A stretch of 64,000 bases of DNA, taken from contig DBTW01000107.1 of NCBI GenBank assembly GCA_002307245.1, forward strand, positions 1,976 to 65,975. The letters are read 5' to 3'. Below are positions 40,879 to 49,346 of the stretch, one piece after another (within the stretch, counting starts at the first letter, position 1; each line of letters opens with the position of its first letter). This DNA is from Spirochaetaceae bacterium UBA1306 (GTDB taxonomy: Bacteria > Spirochaetota > Spirochaetia > Treponematales > Rectinemataceae). The position numbers and the translations under genes were made by a program. The notes below the pieces were generated by a model. It was not told the DNA's origin. It ran no database searches and saw only the letters and a program-made list of their open reading frames with translations.

Positions 40879-41452
40879 GGAATCCTACGAGGGCGAGGCG
40901 ATAGAGGGCCTCGACCTGACGGGCGCTCATCTCGGTGGGAAGGAATTCTACCGTTGTGACTTCAAGGGCTGCGACTTCACTGAGGCCGAGCTTGCCGGCA
41001 GCGTCTTCGAGGATTGCTCCTTCCATGAATGCAATCTCTCAAATCCCAAAGTTGCGGGGGCTCGTCTCATCAAGGCAGAGTTCTTCGATTGCAAGGTCGT
41101 AGGGATCAATTTTTACCATTTCGATCAGCTGTTATTCGATAGTCGCTTCACGGGCTCGAGGATCCAGAATTGCAACTTTAGCGAGCTCAAGATGAAGAGG
41201 GCTAGCTTTCTCGACTGCCGGATAGACGAGTGCGATTTCGAGGACGCCTTCCTGGTCGAGGCGAAGTTCGACGATTCGGTATTCCGCGAGACCCTCTTCC
41301 ACGGCTGCGATCTCGAGCGGGCTTCCTTCCTCGAGGCCTCCGGCTATGCGATCGACCCTCGGACCAACAAGGTTAGGAAGGCCGTGTTCAGCGTCCCCGA
41401 CGTATTGTCCCTCGTGGAGTGCCTTGGTGTGGTCATCAAGAACAGAGAATGA
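40862..41452 (+). CDS. pentapeptide-repeat protein (Qnr/MfpA-like size and layout)
   Basis: Tandem A(D/N)LxX-type pentapeptides (CDFKGCDFTEAELAGSVFEDCSFHECNLSN...). 196 aa with no signal peptide. 17-nt overlap with gene 3. Confidence 0.85.
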   Translation: MCGLDRESYEGEAIEGLDLTGAHLGGKEFYRCDFKGCDFTEAELAGSVFEDCSFHECNLSNPKVAGARLIKAEFFDCKVVGINFYHFDQLLFDSRFTGSRIQNCNFSELKMKRASFLDCRIDECDFEDAFLVEAKFDDSVFRETLFHGCDLERASFLEASGYAIDPRTNKVRKAVFSVPDVLSLVECLGVVIKNRE

Positions 41453-41488
41453 GATAGTCCTCGAAGAGCCTACGGTCAAGGAGCGTCC

Positions 41489-41932
41489 ATGAAGAGCGAT
41501 GAAGCGGAAGCCGTCTACCGATCGGGATTCAATTGCGCGCAGTCCGTGCTCATTCCTTTCGCGAGGGAGGGCGGCTTGACCGAGGCGGAGGCCGCAAGGA
41601 TAGCCTCGCCCTTCGGCGCGGGCATGGCGAGGATGCAGGAGACCTGCGGCGCCGTCACCGGCGCCCTCATGGCTCTCGGCCTCGAGCGCGGATTCGAGAA
41701 GCCTGGCGACCAGGCGGGGAAGGACGGGATCCTCGCCGAGGCGAAGGGTTTCCTCGCCCGGTTCAAGTCCGAGCTCGGCACCGTACTGTGCAAGGATTTC
41801 CTGGGCTGCGACCTCAATACCGAGGAGGGGCAGGCCTACCATAAGGCGACGAATCAACGCGAGCTCGTCTGCATGAATTGCGTCAGGCGCGCGGCGGCCA
41901 TCGTCGAGTCGATGCGGGGCGAGGACGTATGA
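41489..41932 (+). CDS. C_GCAxxG_C_C family protein
   Basis: GFNCAQSVL, ETCGAVTGA and later spaced Cys residues (CKDF...C...VCMNC) match the family signature. Confidence 0.8.
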   Translation: MKSDEAEAVYRSGFNCAQSVLIPFAREGGLTEAEAARIASPFGAGMARMQETCGAVTGALMALGLERGFEKPGDQAGKDGILAEAKGFLARFKSELGTVLCKDFLGCDLNTEEGQAYHKATNQRELVCMNCVRRAAAIVESMRGEDV

Positions 41933-41965
41933 TCATGAAGAACGAGGCCGACGCCGAAACGCCGC

Positions 41966-42841
41966 CTAGAAGATCAGCTGCTCGAGCCGTTTATCGTTCT
42001 TTTTCCAATCGGGATCGACCCGCACCGAGAGCTTAAGCCTCACGGAGTAGTCGAATATCCCCGCCAGGTCCGCTTCGGCTTCCTCCCGGATACGCTTGAT
42101 CATGGAGCCGCCCTTCCCGATGAGCATGCCCTTCTGTGACTCGCGCTCCACGACGAGGTCGTAGGAGGCAAGGAGGCTGTCGTTCTCGCCCCGGGACGAG
42201 TCCTCGTAGGAGACGTATACGGCATGGGGAAGCTCGTCGCGCGTATGCAGGAAGACTTTCTCGCGGATGATCTCCGCGATGCGGAATACGGGCTCCTGGT
42301 CGGTATAGTACTCCTCGGGATACCAGGCGGGGCCCTCGGCGGCGCGGGCGTACAGGGCGGCCAGCAGCTCGTCCAGGCCGACGGCCTTGAGGGCCGAGAC
42401 TTCTAGGATCGGCGCGGACGGGAACTTGGCGGCGATGAAGAGCCGCGCCGCCGCCGCGTCTGACTCGAGGGCGTCGACCTTGTTGATCGCGGCCACGAGG
42501 CGGCTGGATACCTGCGCGAGAGCGGCGGCGACGGCTTCCTCCTCGGGGCCCGGTCTCCTCGTCGCGTCGACGAGGTAGAGCACTATGTCGGCGTCCGCGA
42601 ATGCCTCGTCGGAGACATTGCGAAGGCGCAGGTTGAGTTTCTTCTCCGAGAGGTGGTAGCCGGGCGTGTCGAGGAAGACAAGTTGGCCCTCCGGCTTGTT
42701 GACGATGCCGCGTACGGTGTTGCGCGTGGTCTGCGGTACCGGGGATACGATGGAGACCTTCTCTCCGCAGAGCGCGTTGAGGAGTGTGGACTTGCCGGCG
42801 GAGGGCCTGCCGGCGATAGCTACGAATGCCGATTTGGCCAT
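41966..42841 (-). CDS. era: GTPase Era
   Basis: G1 GRPSAGKST, G2 TTR, G3 DTPG, G4 NKVD and a C-terminal KH domain. Confidence 0.95.
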   Translation of the reverse strand: MAKSAFVAIAGRPSAGKSTLLNALCGEKVSIVSPVPQTTRNTVRGIVNKPEGQLVFLDTPGYHLSEKKLNLRLRNVSDEAFADADIVLYLVDATRRPGPEEEAVAAALAQVSSRLVAAINKVDALESDAAAARLFIAAKFPSAPILEVSALKAVGLDELLAALYARAAEGPAWYPEEYYTDQEPVFRIAEIIREKVFLHTRDELPHAVYVSYEDSSRGENDSLLASYDLVVERESQKGMLIGKGGSMIKRIREEAEADLAGIFDYSVRLKLSVRVDPDWKKNDKRLEQLIF

Positions 42842-42851
42842 GCTGCGCCCC

Positions 42852-44348
42852 TTAAGCTAGATAGGAATCCGGCGGCGATGCGCCGGTCCAGAGCTCGAAC
42901 TGCGCCGCCGATTGATAGCGAAGCATTTTCCATCCGTTCGTGGTCTTGCAGCCCGAGGCCGAGGCGCGCTCGAGCATGGCGCTGCGCTCGGGCCGGTAGA
43001 CCATGTCGAACACGGCCTCGCGGCCGGTGAACTCGTACCAATCCAGGGGGTCACCCTGGCGTTCGCCCTCCATGCCTACGCTCGTCGCCTGGACGATGAT
43101 GTCCTGATGGTCGGCCACGAGCTCTGAGGAATGCTCCGTACAGGGGCCGTAGGCGAAGCCGTAGCGCTGGGCGAGGGCGCGGGCCTTGGCTACCGTCCGG
43201 TTGAGCACTACCGCGCTGGCGCCGAGATCCGCGAGGACGTGGGCTACTGCCTTGGCGACCCCGCCTGCGCCGACGAGGGTGACGCGGCGGCCGCGGAGGT
43301 CGGGGTGGCCGATGAATTCGAGGAGGGCTCTTTGGAATCCCTCGGCGTCGGTGTTGTAGCCGGTCCATCCGCCCTCCTCGAGGGCGATGGTGTTGCAGGC
43401 GCCGATGTCGAAGACCTCGGGGGAGCGGCGCGCGAGTCTTGCGCAGATCGCCTCCTTGAGGGGAACGGCCACGGAGGCGCCGCGGGCGCCCGTGGCCTCG
43501 AGGGCCGCGAGGAAGGATTCGACGTCGGCGGAAGGGATGGGGACGTAGACCGCGTCCATCCCGGCGGCCTTGAAGGCTGCGTTGTGGAGCTGGGGTGTCT
43601 TGGACGCCAGTACCTGGAGCCCGCCGCCCAGGGCGTAGACGGCTGTGCCTTCGCCGAGCTCGCGGAAACGGTAGGTCTCTTCCAGGGCCGAGGGGTCGAG
43701 ATGGCCCGGCGCGGCGCCCGGCAGTCCGGCGCGTAGGGCGCTCGTATAGGCTATGCAGGTGCCGATCTTCGCGGCGAGGACGCGGCTCGGCATGCCGAAC
43801 TCGCCCATGCCGACGATGATCCGCTCGCCCTTGGGCAGGCCGCGCGCCCAGGAATAGAGGCGGGCGAAGTCGTCAGCGCCCTTCGGCGTCACGGCTAGCT
43901 TGGGGATCTCGCCGGGCTCGAGGGCCAGCTCGGCCCAAGCCGCGCCCAGGTCGGCGGGCATGCCGGCGATATCGTGCCTGGACCTGATGATCCTGGTCCC
44001 GAAGGTATGGCAAGCCTCCTCGACGGCGGGGACGTGGAAGTCCGACTCGAGGTCGACGTAGGCGTAGTTGGCGCTCTGGTCGGGCCGGGCATAGGCGATG
44101 GCCTTGGCTAACATGACGAGGCGCTGGCCCTCGCCGTCGACGAAGCCGCCGCCATCGCACTTGCGGCGGACCGCGAGTATGCAGGGAAGGCCGGCGAGCA
44201 CGGGAAAATCGCGGACCGCGAAGGCCTCGGAGGGATCGAGGAGATCGGCGCGCAGCTCGGCTATGTCCACCTTGCCGCGATAGCGCTCTAGGACGGCTAG
44301 GTTCTCCGCGATGGTCTTGGCCGTGAGCGAGAGGCAGATGAGGGGCAT
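42852..44348 (-). CDS. aroDE: bifunctional type I 3-dehydroquinate dehydratase / shikimate dehydrogenase
   Basis: N-terminal AroD-like region (DIAELRADLL) fused to AroE (NTDAEGF, GAGGVAKAV). Confidence 0.9.
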   Translation of the reverse strand: MPLICLSLTAKTIAENLAVLERYRGKVDIAELRADLLDPSEAFAVRDFPVLAGLPCILAVRRKCDGGGFVDGEGQRLVMLAKAIAYARPDQSANYAYVDLESDFHVPAVEEACHTFGTRIIRSRHDIAGMPADLGAAWAELALEPGEIPKLAVTPKGADDFARLYSWARGLPKGERIIVGMGEFGMPSRVLAAKIGTCIAYTSALRAGLPGAAPGHLDPSALEETYRFRELGEGTAVYALGGGLQVLASKTPQLHNAAFKAAGMDAVYVPIPSADVESFLAALEATGARGASVAVPLKEAICARLARRSPEVFDIGACNTIALEEGGWTGYNTDAEGFQRALLEFIGHPDLRGRRVTLVGAGGVAKAVAHVLADLGASAVVLNRTVAKARALAQRYGFAYGPCTEHSSELVADHQDIIVQATSVGMEGERQGDPLDWYEFTGREAVFDMVYRPERSAMLERASASGCKTTNGWKMLRYQSAAQFELWTGASPPDSYLA

Positions 44349-44367
44349 CCTCGTTCCTCCTGCGGCT

Positions 44368-44853
44368 TTAGAAATCCGCTCGGTAGAGATATGCGTCGAC
44401 GATCCGGTCCTCCTGTGAGACGAGCCTGAGCCTGACCGGATACGATTTATAGGGCATGCGGTACTCGAGGAAGCCCGTGCCGCTCTCGTAGGGTTGGCCG
44501 AGGATGGAGAGGGCTTTATCCGTTGGGTCTCCGACGAAGAGACCGTAGATCGAGCCCTCGTAGGGCTTGGAGACGCGAATCTGCCAGAGTCGGTCGCCGA
44601 AGATGAAGAGCGTATACCCGGCCTTGTAAATGAGGGCGACGTCGTCCTGCCAAGCCGCCTCGCCGCGGACGGCTGCGACCGAGGCGGGGGCCCCGAATCG
44701 CGTAAAGGAGTCGGCGAGGCTCAATCCCAGGAGGGAAGAGGGATCGTCGTCGAGGATAACCGGGGCGGCGGGGGCTTGCGCCTGCGCGAAGGTCCCGAGG
44801 GTTATGGCGAAGACGAGGGCGAGGCAGCAGATGGGAACCGGGTGTCGAGGCAT
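44368..44853 (-). CDS. secreted hypothetical protein
   Basis: Signal peptide CCLALVFAITLGTFAQAQA. No family recognised. Confidence 0.6.
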   Translation of the reverse strand: MPRHPVPICCLALVFAITLGTFAQAQAPAAPVILDDDPSSLLGLSLADSFTRFGAPASVAAVRGEAAWQDDVALIYKAGYTLFIFGDRLWQIRVSKPYEGSIYGLFVGDPTDKALSILGQPYESGTGFLEYRMPYKSYPVRLRLVSQEDRIVDAYLYRADF

Positions 44854-44981
44854 ACGGCAAAGACTCTACAGGAAGCGGCCCGGGCTGTCCATGCGCGCCG
44901 CGCGCCGATGCTGGCTTTCCTGTCTTGCGGCGACGGCTGCTTTCGTACAGAATAGTCAAAATTCGCTGCAAGGAGTTCTAC

Positions 44982-45623
44982 GTGCCGAGCGAACAGGCCG
45001 CTAAGCGGCTACCACCAGAGGCTCTCGACGCTTTTCTCGACGGCATCCTCGCCGAGCTCGACGAGCCCGCGGACCCCGTCGCCCTCAATGAGATCAGGGC
45101 GGCCTTCCGGAAGCGGGTCCCTTTTTCCAAGCGCTCCTATGCCGCGGCCGCCCTCATTCTCCGGGCCGCGGGTCTTTCCCGCGGGCCTGGACGCGTCCCT
45201 ACCAAGGAGTCCCTCCCTCCCGCGCCGCGGGAGCAGAAAGCCCCGAGGGGGAAGAACCATCGTGATCGGGGCGATCGCCCGGAGCGCGGCGACGCCAACG
45301 CCAATGCGGATAGGGGCGATGGGCAGAGAGCGGGCCAGCCCCCACGGCCGCGTTTCGCCGGCGCAGGCACAACGCTCTTCTTCTCCATGGGCAAGCGCCA
45401 GAAGTTCTATCCCCGGATACTCATCGACCTGATCCAAGAGACCGCGGGGACGCCGCCCGAGGCTATCGGAGACGTTCGGGCCTTCGACAACTACTCCTTC
45501 GCCGATATCGAGCCCCAGAAGGCGGATAAGGTGATCGCGGCCCTCGACGGCTACGAGTACCGAGGCCGGAAGCTCTCGGTCGGCCCCGCGAAGAAGCGGG
45601 ACGAGCAAAGCCAGGCGGAGTAG
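44982..45623 (+). CDS. stand-alone DbpA-type RNA-binding domain protein with basic linker
   Basis: The C-terminal LFFSMGKRQKFYPRILIDLIQETAG...IGDVRAFDNYSFADIE...YRGRKLSV resembles the DbpA/DeaD C-terminal RBD. AAGGAG lies 9 nt before the GTG at 44982. The track ORF opens at 44925. Confidence 0.7.
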   Translation: MPSEQAAKRLPPEALDAFLDGILAELDEPADPVALNEIRAAFRKRVPFSKRSYAAAALILRAAGLSRGPGRVPTKESLPPAPREQKAPRGKNHRDRGDRPERGDANANADRGDGQRAGQPPRPRFAGAGTTLFFSMGKRQKFYPRILIDLIQETAGTPPEAIGDVRAFDNYSFADIEPQKADKVIAALDGYEYRGRKLSVGPAKKRDEQSQAE

Positions 45624-45631
45624 CTCCCGGG

Positions 45632-46705
45632 TTAGAGGGCGAGTCGCCAGAGTAGGAAAGCGAGGGCGAGGTTGATCGCGATGGCGAGCCCGAACGATAG
45701 GCCGGATCCTGCCGCGTAGGCGAAGGCATCGCGCTCCGCGGCCCTCGCCCTCAGCTCGGGGTCTCCCGTGACTATGAAACTGTCGTCGCCAGGGTCGGTC
45801 GGCGAGAATAGGGTCCGGTCCGATCGTGAGCCCGCGCTTCCCCCGATGGCCAGGGCCGAGGCGGGGGCGACTTCGCCTGCGGCGAGCTTCCTCCTGGCAT
45901 AGCGCGGCTCGACGCCCTGCCCCGACGCCTCGTAGCGGAGGGGCAGGCGCAGGAGGTCACGCTCCGTTCGGAAGGCGAGGGCCCGCCGCCAAAGCCGATG
46001 GTAAAGGAAGAAGAGCGCGAGGCCGGGTGGGGCGAATGGCAGGACGGGGCTGGCCCCGATGAGGAATACCAGAGCCCGGACGGTCGAGAAGATCGAGGTC
46101 CGGAAGAGGAGCAGCAGCGCGCTGATCGCGACGACCCCGATGGACAGCGAGATGCGGGCCGGGTAGTTCCAGTACTCGTTCGGCGCCCGTCCGGCCGCCA
46201 CGAGCCGCGGCGCGAGCCTTCCCTCGGTCCCATCGTGACAGACCGCCAATAAGGGCTCTTCGGGGCGGTCGACGAAGACAGGCCGGCCCCCTTCCAGCAC
46301 GAGGATCCCTCCCACCGAAATACTCGTGCCCTCGACGAGGGAGGAAACCGAGCTCCAGCTCATCCGTTGCACCGATCCCGCCTCGGGGGGGCCGGGCGCG
46401 AGGACGTACAGCGGGGCACGGGAAAGATCCACCAAGGCGCTGACTCCCGCCCCGCGCACCCAGACCTTGTCGCTGCCCTCTATCGCGTCGATCGTCCCGC
46501 TTAGGCGGAATCGCCCCACCTCCGCCCTGCCCTCCCTCCGCGCGGCCGCGATATCACCATAATGGAGTCGGGCCGTCGCGCCGAGCACGATCACCCGGTC
46601 GCGGAACCGCCTCCACTGCTCTCGCAGCACGAAGGCGCCCGCGATGGGAATGAAGAGGTAGAAAAGCAAGGCGGCCGCGAGGGCGGCGTAGACTGGTAGA
46701 AGCAC
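45632..46705 (-). CDS. membrane protein of unknown function
   Basis: 357 aa with an N-terminal TM, two central TMs and a C-terminal TM. No family recognised. Confidence 0.6.
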   Translation of the reverse strand: MLLPVYAALAAALLFYLFIPIAGAFVLREQWRRFRDRVIVLGATARLHYGDIAAARREGRAEVGRFRLSGTIDAIEGSDKVWVRGAGVSALVDLSRAPLYVLAPGPPEAGSVQRMSWSSVSSLVEGTSISVGGILVLEGGRPVFVDRPEEPLLAVCHDGTEGRLAPRLVAAGRAPNEYWNYPARISLSIGVVAISALLLLFRTSIFSTVRALVFLIGASPVLPFAPPGLALFFLYHRLWRRALAFRTERDLLRLPLRYEASGQGVEPRYARRKLAAGEVAPASALAIGGSAGSRSDRTLFSPTDPGDDSFIVTGDPELRARAAERDAFAYAAGSGLSFGLAIAINLALAFLLWRLAL

Positions 46706-46746
46706 GCTTGCGGTTCCTATGCGCGAAAGATTACAGTAACGATATC

Positions 46747-47400
46747 ATGGTGGAGAGGCTGACGGTAGGACCCATCGGAGAGAACGCCTACGTCCTCGCG
46801 GGCGAGGGCTATTGCGTGCTCGTCGATCCCGGCGCCGATGCCTCCAGGATCCTATCCTTCCTGGACTCTCGTGGCCTCAAACCCGATCTCATCGTCGCCA
46901 CACACGGGCACCTCGACCATTCCGCGGCCATTCCCGAGCTCTTAGCCGCCTGGCAAGCCCGGGGCTTCGCCGTGCCCCTGGCGGCCCATGCCGCGGATGC
47001 CGATTACTTCGGCGAAAAGGGCGAGGAGACGAATCGCAGCCTCTTCGCCGCCATCCGTGCCCTCGGGTATTTCAATGCCTACTGGAGGGCCCTGCCCGCG
47101 CCGGACATCCTATTGAATGACGGGGACTCCCTATCCGTCGGCCCGTTTCGCGTCGTCCATAGCCCGGGGCATACCCGCGGATCCATCTGCCTCTACGACG
47201 AGGCTGCGGCCATCCTCGTGTCCGGGGACACCTTATTCCGCGACGGAGTGGGACGAACCGACGGCCCGGATTCCGACGGCGTCGCGCTCGAGGCCAGCCT
47301 CTCGCGGCTTCTCAAGCTACCGCCCGGGACGCAGGTGTTCCCCGGCCATGGCGAGGGCACGACTATAGGCCGGGAGTCGGGTATACTTCCTCGGCTATGA
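46747..47400 (+). CDS. MBL-fold metallo-hydrolase (glyoxalase II-like)
   Basis: THGHLDH motif, later HSPGHT and DTLF..GVGRTD. ATG at 46747. The track ORF opens at a TTG at 46708. Confidence 0.85.
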   Translation: MVERLTVGPIGENAYVLAGEGYCVLVDPGADASRILSFLDSRGLKPDLIVATHGHLDHSAAIPELLAAWQARGFAVPLAAHAADADYFGEKGEETNRSLFAAIRALGYFNAYWRALPAPDILLNDGDSLSVGPFRVVHSPGHTRGSICLYDEAAAILVSGDTLFRDGVGRTDGPDSDGVALEASLSRLLKLPPGTQVFPGHGEGTTIGRESGILPRL

Positions 47401-48443
47401 GAAAACGAAGCTTCTCGCTTACTCGCCTCGCGCGAGCCTGCCTCGCGCTTGTCGCTGTTGCCGCCCTGCTCTCCTGCGTTCATCCTTCGCCGAAGGAGCT
47501 GTCGAGCTCCGAATTCGTCCTCGGGACATCCTGCTCGATCAGGCTCGTAGGCGGAGGGAGCGAGAAGATCCTCGATGCCGCCTTCGCGAGGCTACGCGAG
47601 ATCGAGGACGAGCTCTCGGTGAATAAAGAGGGCAGCCAGATAGACGCAGTCAACGCGGCCGCGGGTATTTCACCCGCCGCGATCGGGCCCGACGCCCTCT
47701 CGATACTCGAGCGCGACCTCGAGCTCTCGGCCTGGTCAGGAGGCGCCTTCGATCCCAGCGTCGGCCCCCTCGTAAAGCTCTGGGGCATCGGTTCCGATCA
47801 TGCGCGCCTGCCCTCTCCCTCGGAGATAAGCTCCGCCAAGGGCCTCGTCGGCTGGAAGGACATCGTTGTCGACGCAGCCGGCGGCAAGGCCTTCCTGCGC
47901 CGTAAGGGTATGGGCCTCGACCTTGGTTCGACAACAAAAGGCTATGCCGCCGATCAAGTCGCGGCCCTGATCCGCGCGGCGGGCGTGAAGAAGGCCGTCG
48001 TCGACCTGGGCGGCAACGTCCTCGTCGTGGGCTCGAGACCCGATGGCAAGCCCTGGCGGATAGGCCTACAGGATCCTTTCTCGGGGGAACGCGGGGCCTA
48101 CCTCGGCGTCGCGAGCCTGGTAGATAAGACCATGGTGACCTCGGGAGTCTACGAGCGCTTCTTTATCCAGGACGGGAAGCGCTATCACCACATCCTCGAT
48201 ACGAGAACGGGCTATCCCGTGGACAACGGCCTCATGTCGGTGACGGTGATCACGCCCAGGTCCTTCGACGCCGACGGCTTCACGACGACGATCTTCGCCC
48301 TGGGGCGGGAGCGCGGGATGGCCTTGGCCCGCTCGAAGGGAGTCGACTGCATAATTGTCGACGAGGGCAGGAAGGTTTATATGAGCCCTGGCGTATCGGC
48401 CTATTTCGAGATCAGCGACCCTTCCTTCTCGCTCGCGGAGTGA
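47397..48443 (+). CDS. apbE: FAD:protein FMN transferase (ApbE family) lipoprotein
   Basis: LLSC lipobox, the LGSTTKGYAADQV motif and HHILDTRTG. Confidence 0.88.
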   Translation: MRKRSFSLTRLARACLALVAVAALLSCVHPSPKELSSSEFVLGTSCSIRLVGGGSEKILDAAFARLREIEDELSVNKEGSQIDAVNAAAGISPAAIGPDALSILERDLELSAWSGGAFDPSVGPLVKLWGIGSDHARLPSPSEISSAKGLVGWKDIVVDAAGGKAFLRRKGMGLDLGSTTKGYAADQVAALIRAAGVKKAVVDLGGNVLVVGSRPDGKPWRIGLQDPFSGERGAYLGVASLVDKTMVTSGVYERFFIQDGKRYHHILDTRTGYPVDNGLMSVTVITPRSFDADGFTTTIFALGRERGMALARSKGVDCIIVDEGRKVYMSPGVSAYFEISDPSFSLAE

Positions 48444-49333
48444 TCCCCGGGTCCTTCCGCCGAGGCGAGGCCCAGCTTCATGAAGAGCCAGGGCGCGCCC
48501 ATAGCCACCCAGGCCCCGAGGAGGGCGTAGCGGAGGAAGCGGATTATGGGCGGGCCGCCCGCCTCGATCGAGGCCAGGAAGAGCTTCGGGAGGAGATAGA
48601 CGATCGCGATGGTCGCCATCCCGAAGAGGAAGCGGAGGCCGCGCTTGCCGAGGCCGCCGGACACCGAGAAGGGGACCTGCCTCTTGGCGTAGACGGAAGC
48701 GCCGGCGAGCCCGAAGAAGGCGCCCGAGATCGACGTGTCGTTCTTCGTGAGCACGTTCATGAATAGAGCTATGGCGGCGATCAGGGCCAGGGCGAGGCTC
48801 TCCTTGAGCTTGGGGATTGCCCGCTCGATCCGCTCGCCGAATTTCCGGTCGACGAAGACTATCGCGGCGCCGAGGGCCCAGCCCGCGAGCACGTCCGTCG
48901 GGAAGTGAACGCCTAGATAGATCCGCGATATGCCGACGAGGAAGGGTAGGACGATCGCGAGAACAAGCCCCCAGGGAACGCGGAAGAGGGGTGCGAGCGA
49001 GCCCCAGAGCACGACCGAGACCTGCGCGTGGTTGGAGGGCAGGCCGTAGGTCTTTTCCGCGGCCATGCCGACGGAAGGATCGAGGTCGTAGGGCCTGGGT
49101 TGCGCGAAGGCGGACTTGAGGCCGAAGTTGAGGGCGGTCGATAGGAAAACGAGGATGCCGATTCTGATCCCCCGGCGCTTATCGACGCACCAGTAGACGA
49201 AGGGGAGCAGGACGAGGAGGCAGTATTCCGTCCCGGCGAAGCTTAAGCCCTTCATGACCGAGGTGAGGAAGGGGCTGGCCGCGGCTTGGGCGCCGCGGAC
49301 GATCTCGAGCCCCCAAGCGAGCGCTGTACCCAT
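48401..49333 (-). CDS. PAP2-family phosphatase (membrane)
   Basis: Motifs KSAFAQPRP, PSNH and SRIYLGVHFPTDV. The 3' end overlaps apbE by 43 nt (convergent). Confidence 0.85.
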   Translation of the reverse strand: MGTALAWGLEIVRGAQAAASPFLTSVMKGLSFAGTEYCLLVLLPFVYWCVDKRRGIRIGILVFLSTALNFGLKSAFAQPRPYDLDPSVGMAAEKTYGLPSNHAQVSVVLWGSLAPLFRVPWGLVLAIVLPFLVGISRIYLGVHFPTDVLAGWALGAAIVFVDRKFGERIERAIPKLKESLALALIAAIALFMNVLTKNDTSISGAFFGLAGASVYAKRQVPFSVSGGLGKRGLRFLFGMATIAIVYLLPKLFLASIEAGGPPIIRFLRYALLGAWVAMGAPWLFMKLGLASAEGPGDHSASEKEGSLISK

Positions 49334-49346
49334 GGTTAAGCCTCCA

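Noticed and set aside
40862-41452. Functional link between the Qnr-like pentapeptide protein and the gyrA/gyrB locus
   Set aside because: The genes are about 35 kb apart with many unrelated genes between them. Any gyrase connection rests only on family-level analogy and not on genomic context.
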